From assembly GCF_036971445.1 (NCBI RefSeq), contig NC_091482.1, positions 23,994,001-24,058,000 of the forward strand: a DNA stretch of 64,000 bases. Reading direction: 5' to 3'. Below the pieces are notes generated by a model. It saw only the letters and a program-made list of their open reading frames with translations, made no database searches and was not told the DNA's origin. This document shows, in pieces, positions 40,440 through 52,215 of this stretch (position 1 is its first letter; each line of letters starts with the position of its first letter). The stretch comes from Narcine bancroftii. Lineage: Eukaryota. The translations under genes were made by a program, and so were the position numbers.

Positions 40440-41000
40440 CGTTGATTGGCCAATGAACCCAAAAAATGTAATGCCACAGGCAGCCAGCAGAGGCTGCGGT
40501 TGGCTTTGCTGCGGACTCCACCGCCACGCTGTGCTCAGGAAACGAGGGGTGCCTGCTGCGCATGCTCCTGCTCACAGAGTGCGGCGGCGCGGCAGGGGTG
40601 GGACGCTTTCCGCGCATGCTCCTTGCGAGCCGCAAGGCGAGGCGGTGCGAGCAGGTGGGAGCGCCTTCTGCGCATACTCCCGCTTATAGTGGGCGGCTGA
40701 CGAGCCCGTCAATCGAAGGAATTGGGAACACGAGGTTATTGGGCGGTATGGGTGAGTGAATCAAGGGCTTAAGTGGACTACGAACCTACTATTGAGAGCG
40801 TCCAAGCTTTCATTCAAGGTAAACTACATTAGCCAACGTTGTTTGACCTCGGGAACATTTTCGAGCCGACTGTGCGCGCTTGGGTCAGGCCACTGCAGGG
40901 AGCGTGTGCTACTGCGCATGCGTGTGGGCCTCAGCGGAAGCGCGTCCGTCTTCTTGGCGCTTCCCCCGGCCACCTGCAGACGGTGTGGGGAACATGGTGT
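40440..41000 (+). promoter_or_regulatory. CpG-island promoter, probably of MRPS17
   Basis: GATTGGCCAAT CCAAT box at ~40444; NRF1-like GCGCATGC motifs (~40558, ~40612, TGCGCATGCGT at 40913); ETS CGGAAG at ~40935; candidate donor GTGAGT at 40752. Confidence 0.65.
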
Positions 41001-41699
41001 GGGGGCACTGGGAAACATTGATGCTGGCTGGCTGGCAAGCTAAGGTGGAGATGACCCAAATAAGGCTGAAAGGAACAAATAAAAATGGGACAACTACACT
41101 CTCTCGAATTGTATTACTAAACCTTTTTTTTGGCAGAAATAAAAGCTGGTGGAAAAACTGGAATAAAATCAAGAAAAATTAGAAACAGCAGGTCCACACA
41201 TCTGGAGGGCTGTGTGCAATTTTGATCTCTGTAATCCTGGAGGAAAATCCCTTACTCTGAGTCAGTGTGCTTGGATGAGAATATTTTTATTGCAGAGTAA
41301 TTGAATAATAATGTATATATACTGTGTATCAGAATCCACCATTTTAGTTTTACATTAAAATAGTGAATGAACACCACGTTCCGTGTTCTGTGGTCTGTTA
41401 AATACACAACAGATTGGCGAAGAGGATAGAGATGGAACTCCAGTCATGGTCTGACCATCTTAGAGGAAATACTGGGGAGACTGCACTGTGGGCCCCACAA
41501 GCTTCCTCACAGAGACCACAAAAAAAATCAGCATGACTGAAGCACAGTTTAGGAAATTCAAGGACTCGGGAGAAAACTGGTAGGAATGTTTTGATCATTA
41601 CTGTGTGGCCAATAATATTATTCACCCCCCCCCCCCCACCCCTTAGTCAGGAAAAAAAGAATCACTTTGCTGTCTCCTGAATTACCTGGTGCCAAAAGT

Positions 41700-44400
41700 T
41701 GTGCTGACTTCTGTGCTCTCGTGGGGGCACATTTTAATCCCAGACTTCCAGTGATAGCAGAAAGACAAAAGCTTTATTACTGTAAACAGCAAACAGATGA
41801 ATCAGTAAGTGAATTCTTTGGCCAAGTTACATAAACTCGCTCAACATTGTGAATTTGGTCAGTTCTTAAAAAAAACGATGCACTGATGAGATTTGGTGAT
41901 CGTGCCACCAGACAGAAGCTACTAAATCAAATAGATTTAACAGCATATGAAACTGCTTTGAGCTCCAAGAGTGGAAGAGCTCTTCCCAGCCTTAAACAGA
42001 GGAAAGAAATTCACTAAACTTGACACACAAGGCCATCAGCAAATTGGACAAGATGACAACTCCAAACAGTATGTCGCTATCAATACTCATCAGGGGTTAT
42101 TCACCTATTCTCAAATGCCCTATGGAATATGAACAGTGCCAGCAATATTTCAAGCAGCCATGGAAAAACTATTACAGAGTATTAATGTTGGCTGCTACCT
42201 TGATGACATCATAATTACAAGTTGAGATGACTCCCAACACCTAGCCAACTTAGCCGAAATCCTTTCCTGATTACAGCAACCCAATGTCCACCTACGTAAA
42301 GACAAATGAATATTCATGGCATCTTCGGTGACTTATCTCGGATTCACCATCAGCTGTAGTGGGGTGTGAATGGACCCAGTGGGCACAGAGGCAGTCTGCA
42401 ATGCACCCTATCCGTCAAACCAGACTGAATTACAATCATTGTTTGGTTTGGTGAATCACTATCAAAGCACATGTCAACACTGTGCAGTCCACTGAACCAA
42501 TTGTTTTTTTTTTAAATCAGATATGGTACTGGAATAAGGAAACCAACAATGTGGTGGATCAATTGAAAAAAGCTTTTAACATCAGACAACTATGATCTCC
42601 ACCACGAAGTCACCTTGGCGGTAGATGGCTTGCCAGTACGATGAGGAGTGGTCTTATCACAGATAACAGATAATGGAGAACAACTAGTTGCCTATGCCTC
42701 TCAGTTGTTGACTGATTCCAAACATAATTGTACACAATTGAAAAAGAAGGACTCACCATAGTGTTTGGTGTCATACAATTCCATCAATACCTATATTGAA
42801 GAATTCTGTACTAAGCTACTATAGGCATTGGTGTATCCGTTGTTGAGGTATATGCTGGGAAGCTAATGTTCACACTGTAGGAGTCTAGTGCAAGATTGGC
42901 ACCTCCAGGTTTACATGCTGGGCTTATATACATCACTGCTTCTGTCACATGGACAGGAAGTGATGTCATTAGCCCAAATAAAAACCTGTGTTGCATGTAG
43001 GTCAATTTCCCGCGTTTTCCACAGCACGACTGCCATTTTGGGAATAAGTTTGCTTGCTGGTAAGTGAGTCACCACAGTAGAAAGTTTACCTTGGTGGCAG
43101 ATAAGAAACCACTGAGTTGAATACTGGGCTGTAAAAAGGGAATACCTATACTGGCAGGAAGAAGAATTCAAAGATGGTCCATGCTACTCACCACATATGA
43201 TTACAATTTGAAACATAAACCAGCAAAACAAAAAGACCATGCTGATGTGCTCTCCTGTTTGCTTCTCAGGGAAACTCAACAAAATGATGAAACTATCAAA
43301 CGCATGGCTGAAGCCACAACCTTCAATAAAGAACAGCTTCATAGCCTACCTATCACAGCAAAAAAAAATCAGTAAAGAGGTACAAAAGGAGATCACCCTA
43401 TCAAGAGTCCTATCTTCTTTGGCTTGGCTTCGCGGACGAAGATTTATGGAGGGGGTAAAAAGTCCACGTCAGCTGCAGGCTCGTTTGTGGCTGACAAGTC
43501 CGATGCGGGACAGGCAGACACGATTGCAGCGTTTGCAAGGGAAAATTGGTTGGTTGGGGTTGGGTGTTGGGTTTTTCCTCCTTTGCCTTTTGTCAGTGAG
43601 GTGGGCTCTGCGGTCTTCTTCAAAGGAGGTTGCTGCCCACCAAACTGTGAGGCGCCAAGATGCACGGTTTGAGGCGTTATCAGCCCACTGGCGGTGGTCA
43701 ATGTGGCAGGCACCAAGAGATTTCTTTAGGCAGTCCTTGTACCTTACTTCACACTAAATGGGTGGTCAGAAGCTGAGGCTATAGCAGAAGACCTAAAGCC
43801 CTATTACTCTAAACGCTATGAAATATCAGTAGAAGAAGGGTGTTTATTATGGGGAACCAGATCAATTATTCCCCCCAGAGCCCTACTCTCTGAACACCAC
43901 AACCACCACCCCTGGATGGTTCCAATACATGTCTGGTGGCCTCCCATAGACACCAACATTGAACAATCAGTAAGGAGATGTTGCACTTGTCAGGAGATGC
44001 AACCCAAGGCTCCACAAGCAGAAGCGAATCCACGGAAATGATCAACACGACCCTGGCATAGAATTCATATCGATTTTGTGGGCCTGTTCATGGGAGAAAA
44101 CTCCCTCATTGTTGTTGATGCACACTCAAAATGGCCAGTGGTAACCCAAATGAGAAAGACGATGACAGACCAAACAATTGAAAGACTTCGAAGACTTCAT
44201 ATGGATTGGTCATGGAACTTGTTTCCGATAATGGCCCACAATTTGTGGCGGAAGCTTTCAAAATGTCCCTACGAAATGACCACATTCGACATCCAATCTA
44301 CCCCTTATCCAAGCACCAATGGAGAAGCTGAAGGATTCATGCAAACTTTCAAAAAACGCCATGAAAACAACATTTTGGAATCACAAAATTGCAGTGTATT
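41700..44400 (+). mobile_element. degenerate Ty3/Gypsy internal region (gag, RT, RNase H, integrase)
   Basis: INTHQGLF, YLDDI, FHQYLY..KFTLVADKKPL, RIQRW, ADVLS, PWHRIHIDF, LIVVDAHSKWP. Confidence 0.82.
43412..43743 (-). mobile_element. RTE LINE 3' fragment inserted in a Gypsy relic
   Basis: near-identical to the reverse complement of 20360-20690. Confidence 0.92.
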
Positions 44401-45450
44401 CCAGTAGGAAATTGGCATTCTACCACCATTCAAGACATACCGGGGGTTGTAGGTCAATTGGGTAACATGGGCTTGTGGTTTGAAAGGACCTGTTACCGTG
44501 CTGTAAGTCTAAAAACAAAAAAAGCAGAATAATATAAACCACAAACTGAAATATGTATGTGCAAGTTGGCACAATTATTACCCACTCTGGATCAATTGAA
44601 TATTTTACTATCACATTCTGTTTCCAAGGTTTGTTGCTAGTACATATCAAAAACATACATATTATTCCAGCATAGACTAGGCACAAGTGAATTTTGGAAA
44701 GAAGTACCTCGTAATTGACACTCCATACATGAACCCTATAAATCAAATCAAATCAAATAGCTTTTTATTGTCATCGTACAAGTTATAGTTTTATTGTCAT
44801 TGTACAAGTTATACAACGAGATTTCTAATTGATTTATATATTCCATGAGTCAAATGCAAATGCAAAACTGGCCACAAAGCTAATTTGGACATTGACCACA
44901 CACAAAAAAAAAATCCATTGAGGATTAAACAAGGCTCGCTCTCACCTCTGAAGCTAGAAGAAAATGGATTCAAGATGTATCCATGTCTTAAGAACCAGTC
45001 CTTTAGGACTGATAAAGTGTTGTATTACCAGAGATCTGTAAAGATAGCAAACTGAATTCCATGTGTAGGTGCGTGTAATATAAGGTTTATAGCCATATAT
45101 TCTGGGAGTGGTGTATTTCATAGTATTGATTTAAATTTTGAACATTTGATGCATATAGAAATATATCTTAATATGGATAAATACTTCATTTAGTAATGGG
45201 GAAATCAATATTTTTCCATAATCTAATAAATAATGAAAAGATTATCATTATCATGTTGCTATTGGTGGAAACTTGCTATATGCAAATTGTTTATTTTTTT
45301 TCCTCATTGCTGAATGCTCTCTCTTATGCTTTGGAATGGCCTGATGGTGTTAAGTTTGCAACATAAATGCAATTTATTTTCATACAATTGTGCTCAAGCC
45401 ATTTTGTGTGTTACTTACTCTCAATCACTTTAATGCAGGTAATTTACAAA

Positions 45451-45573
45451 ATGTCAACAAGAACAGCCTCTGTCCACGCCAAGTGGATTATAGGAAAAGT
45501 AATTGGAACAAAAATGCAGAAGACTGCTAAAGTCAGAGTAACTAGGCTCGTGTTGAATCAATATCTGTTAAAG
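45451..45573 (+). CDS. MRPS17: mitochondrial ribosomal protein S17 (uS17m), first coding exon
   Basis: [41 protein letters not shown]|gtaaag; 123 nt; acceptor gcag at 45435-45438. Confidence 0.95.
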
Positions 45574-47631
45574 GTAAAGTAGTTTCTTTTGAGCTTATAC
45601 AAAATATTTTGCAGATCTGAGACAGAAAATTAACATTTGTTCAATTTGTAAAATTTGAAGAATATTTTGTTCATTTTCAAAAATTCCAACCTTAATATAT
45701 GCTTTGGGCTCTGACTTTCACAACTTATTTCTAGCATTTCCTATCATTTCTAAAATCTCTGAATAAGCCTTTGATAGTTTCAGTCATAATTTACGTTATT
45801 GTACTTTATTAAAATGTGAGCAATTTTAACTATCTTTGGCAACTTTTCCTAGGAAATTGGGATTGTGTATCCATGACTATTGATACAAATTTAAAGGTGT
45901 GATGTTATCATCACTAAGTTTTTTATTTTGTTACTTTGGGGCATTCATTCTTTTCAATCTCTTGAACTATTATATATATATATATTTATTGTTGAAATGT
46001 TATTTTAAAAAAATCATAAATTGATTTGTATATTATCTTTTAAATTTTATGTTGCTATGATTTTAACCAGTATCCACATGATAAAAATGCATATATTCAT
46101 TTTGGTCTGGTGAACTATTTTTACAAATCCTATAATTCAAGAAATTAAAAAGGACACATTTTCACTTCAGATGAGTCCAACCATTAGGAAGCAGCGACGT
46201 AAAAGCTGATATCAATTGGTATGTAAATTGAGCCCAATTGATTGGTGTTTTGACAAAGGATTCAATTTGAAATCTTGTTTCTTGCTCTGTCCAGAGATAC
46301 TGTCTGACCTGCTAAGTATTTCCCCACATTTTCGGTTTTTATTTTAGTTCCAACGTCTGCAGATTTTTTAAATGCATCGTGAAGTCAAATTGCATTGGTC
46401 GTTAAGGAAGAAAAACCTATGTCCTGGCCATTTCTGGTCTATTCCCACATCCCTTTATTGGTACTGGATCCTCCATTCTAAGTTCTCCTCCTTTTGATGC
46501 ACTGTGGCAACAGGATGTACTCTCCACAAAATGCAGCAGCTTTCTGAGGGTACTTTGAGAGAACTTGCCAAGTGTGTGCTTGCTACCATATTCAGCTTCT
46601 GCTGTGATTTAAAACTGGTCCTATACCTCAGTCAAATTCAATTTGTAAAAGGACCAGGGGAGTAGCTTTACCATTTGGCTACAATAATTCATGAAGGCAA
46701 TTGGATGCTGGCTTTGCCAGCTATGTCAAGATTCTGTAAGCGAAAGAGTAACAAAATGTTTGGCTCTTAACTCTGCTCAGAAGAGGTCCAATGAGCAACT
46801 CGATATCTTGAAAATGCTAAGATTAGTTTTGCTGGTAATTATTTTTTTAATATTTCTTGTACCTTACTTAATATACATACCTAATAGCAGTTAAATCCAC
46901 AAAATAACATTAGAAATAGAAGCACAAATACAATAAATAATAAAAGAATTGCTGTTTTTTTTTTTAACCCTCTGCATTTTTTTTGTTTGAATACAATATC
47001 CCTGATTCCCAAAAATCTTTCGATTCCTGTCTCCATAGTATTTTTCAGTAAAGACTTCTTGTGTTCCTAATGATCGATCCCTGATTTGGATCAATGGCCC
47101 CTTATTCTAGATATTCTCGCCCAAGAAATATCATCCCAGTATCTGTCATGTCACCACTCGTTATTCCTGATAGATAATAAGCCTGGCCTGTTTCGTTTCT
47201 CCTCGATGGATGATTACTTCATCCCACGAATCAATCTGATGATCCTCATTTGCATGTCACCTTTCAGTGATTTGTGCATATTGAGACCCAGGTATCTTTG
47301 GACAGCAACACTTCTTAATCTTTTGGCATTATTCTATGGGGTTAAAGTCCAGGACTGTGTTTTCTGTTAAGAATGATATTAGCTGTTCTAAAAGTACAAA
47401 CTAACATTTTTAATACTTAAAAAGTATTAAAAGAACTTTTTTTCCAATACCTATTGGCCTCTTGAACCTCTTCTTACTACTCTAATCATAAACTACTCAA
47501 CAATAAATACCTGTGTGCCCTATTGTGATGCTACTCTCGTTCTTACACTATGGTAGCAGATTAATAATCTTTTGTATCTATTGTCTCCTGTGCGGTAATA
47601 TAATGTAAGTTAATTTTGGTATATGTGCTTT

Positions 47632-47634
<3 letters not shown>

Positions 47635-47676
<42 letters not shown>
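47635..47676. repeat. (CA)n microsatellite near the MRPS17 acceptor
   Basis: direct inspection. Confidence 0.95.
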
Positions 47677-47736
47677 TTTAAATGCAAGAGAAACTTTTTT
47701 TTACATTATTTCAAAAACGTGTTCATTTTTTCACAG

Positions 47737-48045
47737 TTTTATAATAAGAGAAAGACTTATTTTGCACATGATCCAAAAGAACAATGCACTGTGGGCGATA
47801 TCGTGCTTCTGAAGGCTTTACCTGAACGAAGAACCAAGCATGTAAAGCATGAACTGGCTGAAATTGTATTCAAAGTTGGAAATATTATTGATCCAATAAC
47901 GAAGAAACCCTGCAGTGGAAGCAGAATAATTGAGCCTCTCACGGACTTCGATTCAGATGTGGAATCTCTGAATGACCAGTTGAAGAATTTAGAGATCAAT
48001 GCCTCGCAGAGTAATTCTGAACTCTGTAATTCTGTAACAAATTGA
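47737..48045 (+). CDS. MRPS17: MRPS17 last coding exon (143 aa in total)
   Basis: ttttcacag|[48 protein letters not shown]...TGA. Confidence 0.95.
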   Translation, partial: FYNKRKTYFAHDPKEQCTVGDIVLLKALPERRTKHVKHELAEIVFKVGNIIDPITKKPCSGSRIIEPLTDFDSDVESLNDQLKNLEINASQSNSELCNSVTN

Positions 48046-48235
48046 GCTGAGTAAATATTGTTAAATTTGAACATGTTTACTCTAATGTATATTTGTTTTT
48101 CATTATTTTCAATGATTCACAATTTTTCTATCATGTATTCATCCTTTCCTATGATTTTTTAATATAAAATGCAAATAATTTATGCATATCATCCTCAACA
48201 TCTAATTTCTCTTTTTATCATTCAATTCTAAATGA

Positions 48236-48482
48236 GGGATGGCACAGTGGTGTTGCCTCCATGGGATCTGTATGTTCTCCATCACTGTATGGATTTTGTT
48301 CTGGTGATCCAGTTTACTCCCAGATCACAAAAATGTGTGCATTGGTCGGTTAATTGTACACTGTAAATCGTCCCTAGTGTGCAGATGAGTTGTAGAATCA
48401 GAAGAAAAATTGGTGGAAATGTGGAGAAAATAAAATTGTTTAGGAATAATATAAAAATAATAGGTCCTGTCTCTGTGCTGCT
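48236..48482 (+). mobile_element. V-SINE, degenerate
   Basis: tRNA-like head, V-core remnant, GGTTAATTG motif. Confidence 0.5.
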
Positions 48483-48976
48483 GAAGTTGTTTTTTTTTTA
48501 AAAATACTGGTGGAATTTCCTATTAAATTCAGATCTGTAAGGATTAAAACTTTTTTGAAGAATTGAAATTGACAAGCCATATGGCGTGATGAGAATCTAT
48601 TTTTAACATTTTACTGCAGCTGATCATCGATGTTACAGGAAAAGGGTGAGGCTGGGAAATCTCAAAGGAACATGGACCGATTTTCACTGACTGACATTTG
48701 CATCATCTAAAATGCAACTGAAAATGTACAGTGAGTCAGGCTGCGTTTGTGGGAACAGAAGCAGTCTTTCAGGTTGAAGACCCTTGGTCAGAACTGGAAG
48801 GAGATTAAAGAAACTTAGTGACCTTGGCACTAAATTGCCCTCTGCCTGGAAGAAGCTAAACACTTCTTTCTTCTCCTCCAGAAATGAAGGACATGCTCAG
48901 CTTGACCTAATGGGCATGTCTTCATACTCTGCATGTTTGAAAGTGCTGCATCATTTTGTTCATATATAGAGGACTA

Positions 48977-49362
48977 TCTTTGGCTTGGCTTCGCGGACGA
49001 AGATTTATGGAGGGGGTAAAAAGTCCACGTCAGCTGCAGGCTCGTTTGTGGCTGACAAGTCCGATGCGGGACAGGCAGACACGGTTGCAGCGGTTGCAGG
49101 GGAAAATTGGTGGGTTGGGTGTTGGGTTTTTCCTCCTTTGCCTTTTGTCAGTGAGGTGGGCTCTGCGGTCTTCTTCAAAGGAGGTTGCTGCCCGCCAAAC
49201 TGTGAGGCGCCAAGATGCACGGTTTGAGGCGTTATCAGCCCACTGGCGGTGGTCAATGGGGCAGGCACATTGTATATATAACATGTGTTATATGGCGAGC
49301 TCTCCACTGGCCACCGTGACAGAGGTGCACCAAAGAAAAGGTACAAGGACTGCCTAAAAAGA
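48977..49362 (-). mobile_element. RTE LINE 3' fragment with inverted 5' segment and 13-bp TSD
   Basis: TSD ATATAGAGGACTA at 48964-48976 and 49363-49375. Confidence 0.9.
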
Positions 49363-51349
49363 ATATAGAGGACTACAATCTCAATATCAGCAGGCCAAAT
49401 ACAAATTGAGTGATAAAAATACTCAGTGAGCATTTGAAATCAAAATTATAGCAAATATGTAAAATTCGATGACTAAAGAACATTACGTTTGTACTCTAAT
49501 ATCTGGCAACTAGTACTTTGCTCTTTTATAATACTGTATGGGAAATTTCTGTCAAAAATTATGGATTATAATTAAACCAATAGAAATAAATACTGTTGGG
49601 GAGTGCTTGATAGACAATGTATAAAACTTCATTTTATCATTAACAAATCAATTCAAGTCATTTTGTAATTTTTCTTCTTGGTGGTCTTTCTGGTTTGCTG
49701 TTAGGAAATGGAGTGAACTTTTCCTCCGCTATTGTGAATTGATTGACCTTGGCTAAAATGCTGCCAATTTTGAAAATCAACCCCGTGCAATCTTTGGACT
49801 TCTGAAGTTCCAGATCACGGAGCTGCTTAATAGATTTCTTTAGAATGAGCACACATTGGAAATGTGCAAAGTGCAGTAGTTACTTCCACAAAACTCAGTT
49901 GATGGCATTGTGTAGCATTTCTGAAGACTTTTTCATTGCTTAAATATAAGGAACATTCAAAAAAAAGCTCCTTGTAATTGAAACAGTTATTGACATTGAA
50001 TCATATTCCAGCAACTCAATTTTATTTGTTTTCCTGTTTATTCTGCAGTCTAGGGTCCAAGTCACCAGAGGACAGGAAAGAAAGCTACCATTCAGCATTC
50101 TTTAAAGAGCACTCACACTCAAGTTGTCCTTGTCCAAAACATTTTTATCTTGCTTTCTTGATAGACGAGGAAGATATAGAAAAACCACCGAGGAATGATC
50201 AACTGTCCAACTAGATAATAGATTATGATTAGTTTTTCTTTCAACATGATATTCATCCTTTCCAAACGTACCGGGGGTGTAGGTTTATGGAGTGTAAATT
50301 GGGCAGCTCAGGCTCGTGATCCGAAATGGCCTGTTACCGTGTTGTATATCTAAATTAAAAAATTTAAATATCCTGTGTTATGTGATGAGAACTGAGATAA
50401 ATGGAGATGAATCAATAGTCTTGTACAGTCTCAATATGCCCTGTTACTTTATTTTTGTTCCACTGATATATAAATTCATTTTCCTGCAATCCTTAGTACA
50501 TAGTCATATAGTTTCAATGGTCATAGTTCTTCAATTACCTATCCAAATATATTTTTAATGTGATGATGGCTGCTGCCTCTCATTCTTTCAGGTCGTCAGT
50601 TCAAGAGACCCTTACAACCTCTTCCAAAGAATACAAGCCTAACTTTCTCAATCTCCTCATTGCTTACTTTCCATTCCTGGGTACATCCTTATCGATTTCA
50701 TCTGTATCCTTTCTAGTGTAATCTTTTCTGTTCTGTGATGACTGGAACTGAATAGTGTAATTTTTTTTAACCTTAACCTCCCTCTCTAACAAGGGGAAAT
50801 AGCCCATATACTTTTTCACAACTTGTTTACATCTTCTGTTCCTCTTAAAGATTCTGAACAAACTCCAAATTCCCACTGTTCCTCCTCACGACTGAATATC
50901 CTTTCATTTATTTACATTACCTTGTTTTATAATTTTCCAAATCCATTATATCATACTTCCATTTGTCACTTTATTCCCCAAATGAACAGATCACTAATAT
51001 TTTATGCAACCCAACACTTTTCTCATCTACAAATTTCTTTATCCAGTACTTCACATTGAAATCTTGGTTTGTACATATTTATTACTAAATGGACTGACTA
51101 CTAATTATGTGGAACCCTCCTTGATAATTGCCTTCCAAAGGCAAAACATGCTCATTATTACTTTCTGCTTCCTGCCACTGGCCCAATTCCGGATCTAATT
51201 TGTCATTTTCTTGGACCCAGTAGTGTTTTTGACTAAGGTGCCATATGGTATCTTGTCATAGTTATCTTGAGATATGTGCAGGTTACATCAAAGGTACGAG
51301 CCTCATCCATCCTCCTCATACTTAGTTAAAAGGTAAGAGTCCTCAAATG

Positions 51350-51565
51350 TTGTAGTGACAGTGGTGCCACGGGTGCAGAACTGAGGGAGCAGAGATGCAG
51401 CGCTCCTTCGGGGTCCAGCTGCCCAATCGACTGCCGTAGGCTCCGAACGGGAGCCGGTTGAGGGAGCTGACAGTAGCTTTAAAATCCCATGAATGCAGGT
51501 CTGCGCCCAAGATGTTGGCTCCTATTAATCGGTAGCAGCCACGAGGGGTTGCAGAGTAGAAAATC
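51350..51565 (+). repeat. 5' part of an interspersed repeat (inverted homologue at ~19110-19320), cut by the ERV
   Basis: shared GTCTGCG.CCAAGATG and CACGAGGGGTT motifs. Confidence 0.55.
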
Positions 51566-52215
51566 TGTGAGAAGCAGAAGTACCTTCACAGAATTTGCTC
51601 GAGAAAAAAATTGAGAACAAAGAACTTTATTATACTATTACAACAATGCAAAGTTGGGTGCTTCCCCTTACCCTGGGAATACACACAGATACTGAGGCTG
51701 ACCCAACTTTTATACATTTCATTTCAGTACAGAGATACCTTCTCCCCCCCCCCTCCCCCCAACATTCTTCTGCCTCCTGGATTGGTTTAGCATTAGATAA
51801 TTTTGCCCACGTGGATTCTAACTTCTTATCAGTTTATGTGCCTTCCTGCAAACATGTTAGCCAGGAAATATCATGTCTTTGTTCTTTACTCATTAATCAA
51901 TCCCCAAGACTTGCTAAAGCTAACTACTTGCTATCCTGTTTTGAAGATCTTTATTATTATACTTTTATAACCCTTCCTCCCATTCCAGCATCCCTTCACC
52001 CTGATTTAACCCATAATACTTCATTTCTAATGAGCACTTGCTTGACTCCTCACATTCCAGTATCCCTTCACCTTAAGTTAACCCATAATACTTAATTCTT
52101 AATTAGCACTTGCTTGACTCCTCACATTCCAGTATCCCTTCACCTTAAGTTAACCCATAATACTTCATTCTTAATTAGCACTTGCTTGACTCCTCACATT
52201 CCAGTATCCCTTACA
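51566..52215 (-). mobile_element. ERV 3' LTR (650 bp)
   Basis: direct repeat of 59478-60104, preceded by the PPT. Confidence 0.92.
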
